The translations under genes and the position numbers were made by a program. A stretch of DNA of 64,000 bases, taken from contig OZ024743.1 in NCBI GenBank assembly GCA_964016885.1, positions 84,754,001-84,818,000 of the forward strand. Direction: 5' to 3'. A model generated the notes under the pieces. That model did not search any database. It was not told where the DNA came from and was given only the letters and a program-made list of their open reading frames with translations. This document shows, one piece after another, positions 1 to 44,426 of this stretch. Each line of letters begins with the position of its first letter. Within the stretch, counting starts at the first letter, position 1. This DNA is from Eledone cirrhosa (Eukaryota).

Positions 1-731
1 TATTACAGTGTATATAATACAGGGTATATAATATATATAGCAGTAAAATTGACCAACAAAGTATTACAGCTGCAATGTATAGTACAATGTATATAATATA
101 TACAATAGTAAAATCGGTGTAGAGTGTATATAACATACAACAGTAAAACAGATCAATAAAGTATTACAGTATATATTACAGATACAGCAGGTGTATATAT
201 AACATATATAGCAGTAAGACAGACCATCAAAATATTATAGTCTCCATATATTACAGCTACAACAGGTGTATATAGTAGAATGTATATAATATATATAGCA
301 GTAAAACAGACCAATAAAGTATTACAGTAATATATATACATTTATACAAGCTATAACAGAGGTATATAGCACAATCTCTATAATATATAATAGCAGTAAA
401 ACAGGTGTATAATGCAGTGTATATAATATATATATCAGTAAAACAAACCAATAAAGTATTACAGCAATATATATACTACAGCTACAACAAAAGTGTATAG
501 CACAATCCCTATAATATAGCAATAAAACAGGTGTGTATAGTAGAATGTATATAATATATATAGCAGTAAAACAAACCAATAACATATTACAATATACACT
601 ATAACAGGTGTGTATAGTACAATCATCATCATCATATACAATATATATATATATATTAATGAGTACATCAAAGAATGAGTTTTACACTAGATTGGAAGCA
701 CTCTACAGAACTATATTTTCCAGAGTTATTA

Positions 732-970
732 ATATTAATTCAAATATTAACAAAAATAGATATTCTTGTGATCAATTAAATTTTATTATACATATTTCAG
801 AGGTACTGAATTAAGTTCAACAGTACGTCCTCATCAGGGTTTGTCATGTATCATTTTATTTTATCTCATGAGGACATACTGTTGAACTTAATTCAGTACC
901 TCTGAAATATGTATAATAAAATTGAATTGATCACAAGAATATCTATTTTTGTTAATATTTGAATTAATAT
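732..970. repeat. Near-perfect inverted repeat, 103-bp arms (732-834 / 868-970), 33-bp spacer; Penelope-like pseudo-LTR remnant
   Basis: Arms are reverse complements with 2 mismatches. Confidence 0.9.
858..922 (+). ncRNA. Type-I hammerhead ribozyme-like motif (core variant CUCAUGA); mirror copy on the minus strand at about 780-837 has intact CUGAUGA
   Basis: ATTTTAT-CTCATGA-GGACATACTG...CAGTACCTCT-GAAA-TATGTA-TA-ATAAAAT: helix I 7 bp, helix II about 10 bp, self-complementary minimal helix III, AUA cleavage triplet. Confidence 0.65.
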
Positions 971-1574
971 ATATATATATATATAACAGTAAATCAAGTG
1001 TATAATACAATGTATATAATATATTTATAGTAGTAAAACAATTGTATAATACAATGTATATAATAAATATATAGCAGTAAATTAAGTGTATAATAGTGTA
1101 TATAATATATATATATAACAGTAAATCAAGTGTATAATACAATGTATATAATATAATATATATATAGTAGTAAATCAATGGTATAATAGTGTATATAATA
1201 TTTATATAACAGTAAAACAATTGTATAATACAGTGTATATAATATATATGTAGCAGTAAAACAATTGTATAATACAGTGTATATAATATATATATATAGC
1301 AGTAAATCAAATGTATAATACAATGTATATAATATATATATAGTAGTAAATCAATGGTATAATAATGTATATAATATTTATATAACAGTAAAACAATTGT
1401 ATAATACAGTGTATATAATATATATGTAGCAGTAAAACAATTGTATAATACAATGTATATAATATATATATATAGTAGTAAAATAAGCACATATAATATA
1501 TATAACAGTAAATACAGTGTATATAATATATATATAACAGTAAAACAGATCCAATAAAGTATTTGAAAACGAAC

Positions 1575-32395
<30,821 letters not shown>

Positions 32396-35184
32396 ATTGT
32401 ACAGTGATCCTGTGGCTTATACAGGAGCAGCTATGGCGATAATAGCAACACAAAAAACCTGCAAGAGGCAGAGAAAAGACAAATGGATATTAAGAATTCA
32501 AATACAAGCATTTCAAACAAACAAACAAAATATATTTGTATCATCACTCTAACCATTCTGATACCAAACCATCCAAAACCACATCTGGTTCTACAATACA
32601 ATGGCATTTAGTTTTAAATGTTTATATTTATCTAAAAATCTTCTATCATAATTTTATGCAAGTACCTATGTCAAGCAGCATTTATATTAATGAAGAGATT
32701 TGAGAGATTTACTAAAATTATTATCATTCCATTACGAAGATGGTATTTGTAACATAAAAAAAGGTTCTTATATAATTATGTCAAAAATTGATGGTTTTGT
32801 TTCATAGGATGAGAGATAGTTTTGAGCAGGTAGTGTTAAGAGTTAATACAAGATGGATAACATATTTATTATTGATAGTAATGGTTTACTTGAAAGTTTC
32901 ACAAGTCTGTCATTTTGAGAAGCTGGTAACATCACTAAATTATTTGATACCAGTGTATGATACTATTACATGAATATAGAGGGTGTATGTTACAAATGTA
33001 GTGAAACATGGGCAGTGAATGTAAAGGATGTGTGATGTTACATAGGTAGTGAAAGTAGAGGATGTGTAATGAACAAAGTAGTGTGTATGAACAAAGCACT
33101 GAAGAGAAAAATTGGGCATAAGAGGAATGTATGCAAAAGAGAAAATTGTGCTGATATGGACATAAAATATGCACGGATGATGACCACTGGATGAAGAAAT
33201 ACCAGTAATTTCCAAAGGAAGGTAACTGTAGAAGAGGAAGATTAAAGAAAATATGGGCAGAAATAATTGTTTCTACTTTAGGCACAAAGCCAGTAATTAC
33301 CCAGTGCATTACTGGTACTTTATTTTATCGACCCCATAAGGATGAAAGGCAAAGTCAACAGAATACTGAACCACACAGGAGAAGATGATGGAATGCAACA
33401 GGTGGAGGAAAGCTGTGTTGGAGATGACTCATCCAACTCATTTAAGCATGGACAAACGGGCATAAAAATGATGATAATGACTATAACCAGGATATGATTT
33501 CTCTATTCAGAGCATATTTATTTAATGTGTTTATCACACAAGTTTTAGAACAAGTATTTGAATAATAATAAAGAGAAATTCAATCATGTAAGAGAGAGTG
33601 GGGGTGTAACTAGCAATGAAAGAAAAGCAAATTTAAAGTTTACAATTTGACCCTTTCGTTACCATATTTCTATTGGAAGACTGTCTATAATTTCCAAGTA
33701 ATTTTGAAAAAGATTGAAAATTCAAAGGGATTTAGTAATATAGCTAACTTTCTCATTATCAAGTTGTTTAACAAAGATTCTTACATAAAATGTTTTTAGA
33801 TAAATATTAAACATTTAGAAATAGTTTTGTGTTATAGAATCAAGGGGCAGTTTCATATCATATCATAGCTGATATTATTATAAGCTATGTAGACAATCTA
33901 AGAAATGCATGTTACTAACAACACCCCTCCCAATATTCTCACATCCTACTAACCCAATGTATGTATGTACCTATGGACCCATAACTTGATCAAGTCATAG
34001 AGGCACCATAGTGACATAGAGGCACCATAGTGACATACAGTGTTCTTTAGCATTTCAAACCTGGCAGAACCCATTCCTCTCCATGTCTGAACACAATTTC
34101 TTCCAGAGAAGTTAAGAGATAGTGAATGAAAAAGAGCAATTGAGAACGAGATATAGAGAAAGAATCTACCTCAATACTGGATCGGCACTTGTTTTATCTA
34201 CCTCAAAGGATGAAAGGCAAAGTTGACCTCAGAAAGATTTGAACTCAACTGTAATGAATATTGCAAAGTCTATCTGATGTTCTAATGTCTCTACCAATTT
34301 GTTGCCTCACTAACCTAATACTCCAACATAATTTAAGATATTCACATAGCACACATTAGTAAGTGGATTTTCACATCACATGTCGCTTCATTATCATTAA
34401 GATAAAATAATTAATGTTTGTATAAATTATGTTTTAATTAAATAATTCTTAATGAAGATCTGACTGAGATGTTTCTTCTGGAAACAAAAAGAAAATCAGC
34501 TTGCCATGGATTCTGTCAATGACTCTCAGGACAAGATTTGTTCAGTGGAGTGGTTAGAGCCATTGCCTGTTACAGATAGACATCTTTTATATGAAAGCTG
34601 GGGTTTCTGTCAAGTAAAACGTCTGTCATGCTGGAAAGGGGGATGGTGAGAGAGTGTGTGAGACAGAGAGAGTAGTGATGGTGGCAAGAACACTGAAAAT
34701 CTCACCTTCATGGAAAAGAGGGGGAGAACAGTAGTTGCAGTGCCAAAATGTTTTTTAATCTTATGCTGTAGGGAGTGGTAAGAGTATGTGTATGAGAGAG
34801 AGAGGGGGGATACTTTTATGAAAAATATACTATTTTGTTAGTTTCAGTCATTTGTTAAATTTAATCAATTTATTTTGTTGTGTTGTATATATGCAAGAAA
34901 GTACAGTATATAAATTATCTGTGTGTATATGAATGTATAACTTATAAATAAAACATTCAAAATACAATATTTATCTTTAATACTTGGTGGTGGTTTCTAA
35001 TTAAACTGAATTTTCCACATAGCTTGAGGTGTTACGGAATCCTATGTCAATAACTGCAATTAAGAATGGAAACCCTAATCCTGACTCAGTTTACCTTATA
35101 CTCTATGAAATATACAACTTACACATATGCAAGTTTAGTTGGCCTCCTATAAGTTGCTATCTCATACAAGGTTTTTCAAGGGTT

Positions 35185-35374
35185 TTAACTTTTTAACATC
35201 CTGTAATGATTTAGCAGAAAATATTAAAAAATGGGTTCGATAATTCAAATATATATTTTATGAAAATTTGAAGGAAACTAAAGACTTTAATTTTTAATGT
35301 GATATAGTCAAGTTTTGTATTTTTCAAGAATGTCTTGTTAATGGTTTCATGTGGTACAGGATGTTAAGAGTTAA
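35185..35374. mobile_element. TTAA-flanked MITE (family A)
   Basis: TIRs ttaactttttaacatcctgta / tacaggatgttaagagttaa; copies at about 42480-42713, 25760-25970, 45942-46170, 55938-56112 and partial at 13250. Confidence 0.8.
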
Positions 35375-35572
35375 TGATAGGGATTCCAATTTTATCATGA
35401 AAAGCAACTTGAAATGAAGTGTCTTTCTCCAGAAAAGAATGAAGTGGCCAGTCCATGATTGAATCCATGACATTATGATTGTGAACTTCTAACCATGAGA
35501 CCATGTGATGATCTTATACTCTATGACACAGATGAGTGATAATTATATGAATTGTGAACTTTACATTTTTGA

Positions 35573-35810
35573 TTAACACTTTTGTTACCATAATATTTCT
35601 AATGAAGGACACTTTCATTACTGTATTTCTAATGAAATTACATTGCTTATGTATATCAATTAATTTTGAAAGTAATGAAAAATTTGGAAGAATTTAATAA
35701 AATAACAGACATTTTCATTAGTAAAATGATGTTTAGAACATTATTTAATTAAAATTTGAGTGGAATGTTTTAATGGTCAGTTTTAGATGGTTTGGTATCA
35801 AAAGGGTTAA
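35573..35810. mobile_element. TTAA-flanked piggyBac-like MITE (family B)
   Basis: ttaacacttttgttacc ... ggtatcaaaagggttaa; many relatives (about 17698-18130, 18621-18835, 27350-27813, 28449-28855, 41180-41465, 46342-47100, 56511-56750). Confidence 0.75.
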
Positions 35811-38504
35811 TGGCTAGTGGCTATAGTGGTAGGACTGGTGACATGATAAAATGTACTCGTGTAATATGGCACAAGCTGTGCTTATCAATGCTGTTTATAT
35901 ATATTTGGATGGAATTTCCATCCATATTGATTTTTAATTTAGGCACAAGGCCAACAAATTTGGGGGAAAGAACAAAGTTGATTAAATCAACCTCAGTATT
36001 TGACTGGTACTTTATTTTATTGACAATGGCATTGTATCATATGTTCTACCAATTCTGCCAATCCATCATTCTTCTTTCCATCTCAATATTCAAAACTTTA
36101 TATCCCACCCACACCCATATTATATCTAGTAAAACTACATATAAACAATACAGGTTAAACCTATATATATATACAGACCCGTAACTTCTGAGTGAGTCAC
36201 AGGAGCACTGCATTGACATGCAATGTTTCTAGGGCATTTTAAAACCTGACAGAGTTCATCTCTCCCAGTCTGAATGGAAGTGAGAAAGAGATATAGAAGA
36301 ATCAACCCAATACTAGACTGGTACTATTTTATAGATGAAAGGCAAAGTTGACCATAGCAGGATTTGAACACAGAGAGCAGAGATTTGAAACAAATACCAC
36401 AAAGCATTCTATCAGACATTCTAAGGACTCTGTCAATTCAATTCACCGCCTTTAAACCTATATTAATTCTATTTTATTTATTTTATTACATGAAACAACT
36501 TTATTTAATCACATGAAACAACATACTTTGTTAACTTTCATTCCATGCAATAACAAAATAACATTCTGTCTACCCTGGCACATTCACACCTTTTCCTTCG
36601 TATCTTAATTATATATCAAATATATTTGTTCTTGTGTAAAACATGTGTTTGGAAGCTTATCAAGGGGACCAAATTATATATAAACAATATGCAGACAATA
36701 CAGTGAAATGGTCTGCTCTATTTCTGTATGGTACAATAATAATAATGGCTTCTAATTTAGGCACAACACCAGCAATTTCAATTAAATCAACCCTGTTACT
36801 TGACTGGTGCTTTATTTTATCAATCCTCAGAAGGATGAAAGGCAAAATTTTAACTCAGTCACAATACTTAACTAGTTTCCTGTCTTTCTAATAAGAGTTT
36901 GTATGTATGGATCCATGACCCCTGATTGAGTCTTAGGGGCAATGACACAACATGTCTTGGGCAATTTAAACCTGGTGATGCCCATCCACTTTGCAGATCT
37001 GAACACAGATGATTAATGAGAGAGAGAGAGAGAACTGACCCTCAGTACTGAGCTGGTACTTTCTTTTTACCAACTTCGAAAGGATGGAAGGCAAAGTTGA
37101 CCTGCAGAATGAATACTACAAAGTATTCTATCTAACATTCTAACAACTCTTCCAATTTGCTGCCTCAGAGTTTGTTTACCTACAGTAAATTATGGGATTC
37201 AGAAATCATATTTATATTTTAATCAATGATCAGTAAAATGAATGATTAAAGTGTTCAATATTTTATGAACTGCTGAGAGCAATGAGAAATGGTATATAAA
37301 ATAATTCAATGTAATGTAAAAAATATATTCTTAGTATGTTATACAGTGGAACCTCAATCCACAAACTTAATTTGTTCGCGAAGGCCATTCATTGCCCAAA
37401 ATGTTCATAAAATGAAACTATTTCGCCCATACAAAATGTTGAGAGAGAGACTGTGTGTGAAAGACAGATAAATATCACCATAGTAACTAACTACACAGCA
37501 AGTGGCGCTTTCCTGCTGATACTCCAAGCTTGTTGCCAACCGTTGTTGCTAGTTAGCACATTCATTAACCGAAACATTTTATGTTCGGAAAAATTTAGAG
37601 CGAACTATCACACCAAGATAATACTCTGTATAGGGCACCAAGCCATAGAAACCATATGGAACGTACAAGAACATACGAGCAAGATGAGGTTTCTCTCCGG
37701 CCCTATCAGAGGTAAAAGAACATAAAACAATTATGATATTTAAAGCAGAATTCCACAGTGTTGAATGGCTGCTTTTGGTATTTTACAATGTACAATATAT
37801 TTTGAATTGAGGTTTTGTAAGTCTAGTAGCTAAATCACATGTTGGTTTTTACATTGTACTTTCATGGAAAACTCTGTAACCTACAAAAGTATATACTGGT
37901 AGTTGTGTAGAGGTATTCATCTAGGAATCCAAAACATCACAAACAGAAGCGACCTATGCACAATGATCACAGATGCCTGATTGATACAGATATAATCAGT
38001 CAGTTGCAATTCTAATGGCAGATACTATATATGAGAGGACCTGATGTTTAAAACTGGATGGTGAACACCCATTCAGTCGAGCTACACTTATTCAGAGTAA
38101 AATATATTCAATGAGTAAAGGGCTGAAGTGTATTTTAAATAGCTTGAAGTCAACTATAACACTGGGATAGACTCAGTGTTTTGGAGATTCTAATTATGGA
38201 GACCTAGGCAAAGAAATCAAGCTTTCAGTGCCACCAAGAGAAATTCAAATTCAAAAGATATACAGGAATCAGGTTAAAATATTTTATGATGATGATGTAT
38301 AGTGACTGAGAAAGGTAAAACATACCATTCCTGAAGAGACACCATTTAATCCATTATGTAATACATACATAGCTGGAAACCAAGAGCTAATGAGTGATCT
38401 ATGTCAGGGGCGGAGGAATCCTGCCCACAAGTAAAATTTAAAACCATGCACTAACAGTTCTCCAGAAACCCATATGAGAAAGAAAAAGAACATATAAGCC
38501 TTCC

Positions 38505-38729
38505 TTAACCCTTTAGCATTTACATTACTCTATATTTACTATTGCATTTTTGTGGTAAAAATTTTATGACATAATTATCTCACATAATATCAAATCTATG
38601 AGATTTTTATATTATTTCTTTAGAACAATACTTTAACGTTGGTATGAGGAGCTGGCTGTGACCAGTCTGACCAGAAAGAGGTGAGAGAATTCTGGCCGGA
38701 TATTGCTGGTTTAAATGCTAAAGGGTTAT
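38505..38729. mobile_element. TTAA-flanked piggyBac-like MITE (family C)
   Basis: TIRs ccctttagcattt / aaatgctaaaggg; copies at about 43950-44174 and 46797-46992. Confidence 0.82.
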
Positions 38730-39439
38730 AACCAGAAACAGTCAATGAAAATATAAGTTGTTTTTAACAACCTATAAAGCATATATTGTAGTTCATATGT
38801 ATGTAAGTATGTATGTGGCAAATTGGCAAAAGTTAGGGCATTGGATTAAAAATAGCTGTTATTTGTTCCAGCACACTCCACCCTGAGGTCAACTTAACTT
38901 TTCATCATTTCGAAAAATCACACACACAGAGAGAGACAGAAAAATGGTTGGTTGAGTTGGTGACACGATAAAAAGCGCCCAGTTCACACTGTAAAGTGGT
39001 CATTTTGGTGCCACAATAAAAAACACCCAGTACACACTACAGATGTGGTTGGCATTAGGAAGGTCATCCAGCCATGGAAACTAAACGAGAGTCAGTTCTG
39101 TATGAGCAAGAGTCATCTGATCTGGCTTGTCTCACAACGAGACAACTCGTCAAACCCATACTAGTGGGGGTAAATGGATGTTAAACAGTAATAATGAATA
39201 TATATATACAAATATATAGATAGATATAATGTTTAACAGCAACAGCACAAATCAACCAATGAAAGGTTGAAAGGTTGTCACATTCTTTTGTTTACTCTTT
39301 CTTTTTCCATAAAGTACAAAACCACAGATGTTGTCTCATGGTCCCAGTAGATAAAATTGCAAACATGTTGCCCTGGAGGACAAATAGCGAGAGGAATACA
39401 CTGAAAGAGCCAGCATGGAAAGCAGCCATATGACGATGA

Positions 39440-39760
39440 TCATCATCACCATCATCATCATCGTTTAATGTCTATCTTCCATGCTAGCATGGGTTTAGAC
39501 AGGAATTGTCCTACTTGAGGCAAGATTGGTCGGGTGACCATGTCTCGCTCGTATAGGACTATCTGGCAGGTTTTCTACGGCTGGATGCCCTTCCTAACAC
39601 CAACCACGTTTACAGTGTGGACTCTGTCAAAGGCTTTCTCCAAGTCAACAAAAGCTAAGTACTTCTCCTGTAGTTGTCGTACAAGGAAAAGCGCGTCCGT
39701 GGTACTTTTACCTGACACAAACCCAAACTGCATTTCATCTAGATCAATTTGCTCTCTGAT
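39440..39760 (-). mobile_element. Internally deleted RTE-type LINE derivative
   Basis: QIDLDEMQFGFVSGKSTTDALFLVRQLQEKYL/AFVDLEKAFDRV fused directly to the RTE 3' UTR and (GAT)n tail. Confidence 0.82.
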
Positions 39761-39834
39761 GATGATGATGTGTGTGTATGTATATATATATATACACAAT
39801 CATACGCACCCGTGTATATTTATTTATATATATC

Positions 39835-40235
39835 ATCATCATCAATTCATCATCAACGTTTAACGTCCATCTTCCACGCTTGCATGGGTTTGGACGGGAG
39901 TTTTCCCACTTGAGGCAAGATTGGTTGTCCTGCTCGTATAGGACTGTCTGGCGGGTTTTCTACGGCTGGATGCTCTTCCTAACACCAACCACGTTTACAG
40001 TGTGGACTGGGAGGTTTTTACCGTGTTACCTACATGGCCACATTACAGCGTGGACTGTGTGTTTTTTTTGTCGTGACACCTACACGTCTGGCGGATTTTC
40101 TACGGCTGGGTGCCCTTCCCAACACCAACCACATTTACAGTGTGTACTGGGAGGTTTTTACCGTGTTACCTACACGGCCACATTACAGCGTGGACTGTGT
40201 GTTTTTTTTGTCGTGACATCTACACGACCTCATTT
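39835..40235 (-). mobile_element. RTE/SINE 3'-tail copy with internal duplication of about 140 bp
   Basis: Repeated ctacggctgg...ccacattacagcgtggactgtgtg block. Confidence 0.75.
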
Positions 40236-43200
40236 GTTTCGGACTGGATGTTGTAGTACCAACATAACTTATATATATATAAACACACAGCAACACAGCA
40301 ATATCTGTTGACAGTATAATAATCCTTATCTTGTGACATTAACCATACATCAGAGAATACACAGGATTTAATGACATATTAGTTATGCTGTTGTTACAAC
40401 CAATTAACATTTATGCTTCATTTGACTATTTTTATTAATGATTTCAAGTCAATATTGTAAAGTGCATCAAAATAAGCTTTTCTGCAATGATTAATAATCA
40501 TGAGATGACAACAACTATTGAAAAATGGACAGATAAATATATAATGTTTAGTAAAGGTAAATGGAAATTGTGTGTATGTTGTAAATAGTGGGCTGAAGTT
40601 TTATTATATACAGTGCAATCTTCAATGTCACTATTTAAACAAGGAATATGATAAATTGAAAGGGACTCTGTCTTTAGATGTATTTAGACAGGCTGATATG
40701 GATCTTTATGCAAATAGTAATCTATTTTTATAAGACATTAATAGAAATATTTCTGTTAAGTAAGCAAGTTAAGGAGTGTGTGAATTGTAAAGAAAGTTTG
40801 TTAAAGAGTGTATACTTGCAGTTAGTGTATAGCTAGTGTATTGTTACTATTACAGTGTATAGCTAATGTATTGTTAGTGGTGCAGTATGTTCCAAACCTC
40901 AGCTTTAATAAAGAGAAAGTTATTTTAGTAAATCCCTCTTATTACTGAGGACCTCCAGCAAGTCACCCTTCCCATAAGACACCTAGGATTGAAGATCAAC
41001 CAAAGTCCGAGGTTACCAATGTGAGCTATGGTGAAGTTGAATTCCAAGCAGCTGAGGCACCACTCAGACTGTCTCCCTTTCTTTCATTGTTTGATCCTTT
41101 ATATTCTTTTTCATCTTACTTTTTTGTTCCCTTTAATAGTGTGTTCTGTTTTAATTATTTTTATGTAATATCAGACTATAAATAGATTTTCTTTTGAATT
41201 CTTGATTATTTTCAAAATTATTTGAAAATAATAGGTAGTATTTTTCATTAGAAATATATTAATAAAAGGTTTAACATGTTTCTATTTATCTAAAAACTTT
41301 CCATCATAATTTTATGTATATTTTGTTAATTTGTTTCAAACATCAGCTTAATAATGAGAAAGTAAGTTATATTACTTAATCCCTTCCTATTCTTGATTAA
41401 TTTTTAAATGATTCAAAAGATATAGGTAGTGTCTTTCGTTAGAAATATGGTAATAAAAGGGTTAAAGCAATTTTGAAAAACCCTGAAGCCAAATATGGTA
41501 ATTGGTTGTATTAATATGATGTTCACTGGCTAAACAAAAGGTGTATATTCAAATCCTAATGATAAAATGATGATGAAATGAAACTCTTCATGGATGTTAA
41601 CCCTTTCATTAGCATATCAACCATAATAGCATGCCATGTGTGTTTGTACATATATTTCACTTTGTAACTCTTTAAAGTTTACACACATAAACACAGTGCA
41701 TTTCCTATCTCAGTCATAAGAAATACACTTTCCAATCTTGAGGTCTAATCCTACATTTGTCCATGTAAATAGTTATTTCTACCAAATTACTTATACATTT
41801 AATTCTGTATGTACAAATGTACATACATGCTTAGAAATAATAAAAATATCTTTTATCTCTAATCACTTTCACAATCACTATAGAGTAACACAAATTTCCC
41901 AGTATTGTTCATATATCCAGTATTCCTGGTATATATGGCATAAATCCTGGACTCAAAAAATAAATACATTCAACAACATTGCTTTCATTATTGACAGCAA
42001 CGATCCACTAGTTTCTAATAAAATACACTATTATGAATTCATTATTGAAGGATTTACTAAAATTATTTCAATTATTAAGATGGTATTCCTCACATAACAA
42101 GAGGCAGTTTTTGGCAGGTTCGTATCAAAATCATTATGTGATTTGGCATTTTGGATCAATAACAGTAGCTACTTAACCCTTTGATATGAAACTGTCCCTG
42201 GTATTTGGAACATAAAATGTTAGCTTACAGCTTCCAAAATTTAATTTTTAAAGGTAAAATTCCAATTAAATATATTAACCCTTTTTGTACCATGTTTCTA
42301 ATAAAAGATACTGCCTGTTTTCTTTGATGTTTATTATTTACAAAATTATTGGAAAATGATATGCCATATCTTTTATTAGAAATATGGTAGCAAAAGTGAA
42401 AAAAAATTGGTTCCTTGCATATCAGTGAACATTGTTTTAAGACAAGAAATTGGATGAGAAAAAGTACAGCCTTGTCATTTAACCCATTAACATCCTGTAA
42501 TAATTTAACAGAAAATATTTATTTAAAAAAAAAAAAATGGGTCTGTAATTCAGATATTTATAGTATCTTTGCTACTGGACAGATCTTTGTGAAAAATTGC
42601 AGTATTAGAGTTAATATTGACTTCAATATTTAATGTGATACTGTTATAGTGCTGTTTTGTATTTCTCAATGTCTTACTAATGTGGTTTCATGTGTTACAG
42701 GATATTAAGAGTTAGATAAACTTTGTAATTGGTAAAATTCTTAATTTACACCCAAACAATTAATTGGTTATTATGTAATGTTGACACCTTTATACAGGTG
42801 TGGGCTTATAATTCTTATTCCTTTCAGATTGTAAAGTTTATTTTTAATCCCTATTTTGTGTGCACAACTTGGTGTGCTGACCAAATTTTATTTTTAATTG
42901 TACTCAATACTAAAAATTTACTGTTATTGCCTTTTACTGCTAGAAAAAAGAGAAGGGCTCTGCAATTTCTAACAAGTTACTTGTTACTTAGTAAACTTGT
43001 CTTGATGAAAGTCCATGTTAGCAGTGTAAAATACTTGTGTATTAAAACTTTAACAGATTCATTAGAACATCAGATAGATTGCTTTGCAGTATTCATTCCA
43101 TCTCTGCACTCTGAGGTCAACTTTGCCTTTCATCTTTTCAAAGTTGATAAAAATGTTCCAGTCCAGTACTGGGGTCAAGTCTTCCTCTCTTTCTCACATC

Positions 43201-44426
43201 ATTTCTATCACTTTCTCTCTCCTTCTCTAGAAAAGAGGTTTATCTAATATGGGCCTCAGTAACATCAGGAAATCATGAAAAATAATATGAAATGAAGTAT
43301 CTTGATCAAGAACACAACATGCTGCCTGGGCCAGGAACTAGACCCACAATTATATGACCATGAACCCAACATACTAAATACTTGGCCATGCACATTCACT
43401 GACTGTACCATCACAACAAGGTTACTTGGCTCTGAGATGGATGCTTTAGATGAACTTCTTAAACAATCAAGGATCTTTATTTTTGTTTCAGGACATTCGA
43501 TTTAGTTAATAAAAACTAATTTTATAAGTTCTACTTCTGTGTCAACTTTGATAGCAGAGAATTGCACACATAGTCGTAATATATTTTACAGCTCACACCT
43601 ATGCAGGTTGAACTGGCTTCAGCTCTATCATGAAAAGTAATTTGAGATGAAGTGTCTTGCTCAAGAACACAAATGTGCCACCCAGTCCAAGAATCAAACT
43701 CAGAACCTTTATGATCTTGAGTGTAACACTAGGCCACACACATTCACATAATGTAAGGAATTTTGGTCGAACCAGTTCAGACTTAATGTCATCCATAAAC
43801 AGATTTAATGAACATCCAATAAACCTCACAGGAGGCCAGCTAAACCTGCAAGGTGTGAGCTGTAACAAAGTAGAAACCTCACAGGAGGCCAGCTAAAACT
43901 GCAAGGTGTGAGCTGTGTAACAAGTAACATGGAAGTCATACATTTGCTTATTCAGCATTATCAAGATTACTCTATATTTACTATTGAATTTTCATGGCAA
44001 GCATTTTATCTTAAATAATTAACTCACATAACATTGGATCTATGAAATTTTGGTATTATTTATTTTGGAACAATACCTTAAAGTCGGTATGGGTGGCCAG
44101 TTACGGCCATTTTAAACAGAAAAAGGTGAGAGAATTCTGGCCAGATACAGACGGTTTAAATGTTAAAGGGTTAAACCTGTTACTATATTTCTTATGAAGA
44201 ACGCTGCCTTTAATTTTCAAATAATTTAAAAAATAATCAAGTATTTAGAGCATAACAAAAGTTCTTACATAAAATATTGTTGGGAAGTTTGTAGATAAAT
44301 GTTAACATTTTTAAACAAACAGTTTTGTATTGTAAAAACAGGGGCAGTTTTAGTCAACTGAGTATCAAAAGAATTAAGTGCTTATTAAACAGTCTGTTAT
44401 CAGTACTAATAGTTTTATTGGTACTG

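Larger units (their letters stand above)
1..1560. repeat. Degenerate AT-rich minisatellite (about 40-45-bp unit), interrupted at about 655-970
   Basis: Recurring gtataatacaatgtatataatatatatagcagtaaaac unit. Confidence 0.85.

Noticed and set aside
153-1490. Y/I-rich ORFs up to 200 aa
   Set aside because: Products of an AT-rich minisatellite.
42729-43247. 172-aa ORF
   Set aside because: Non-ATG start, runs through a SINE copy, no recognisable domain.
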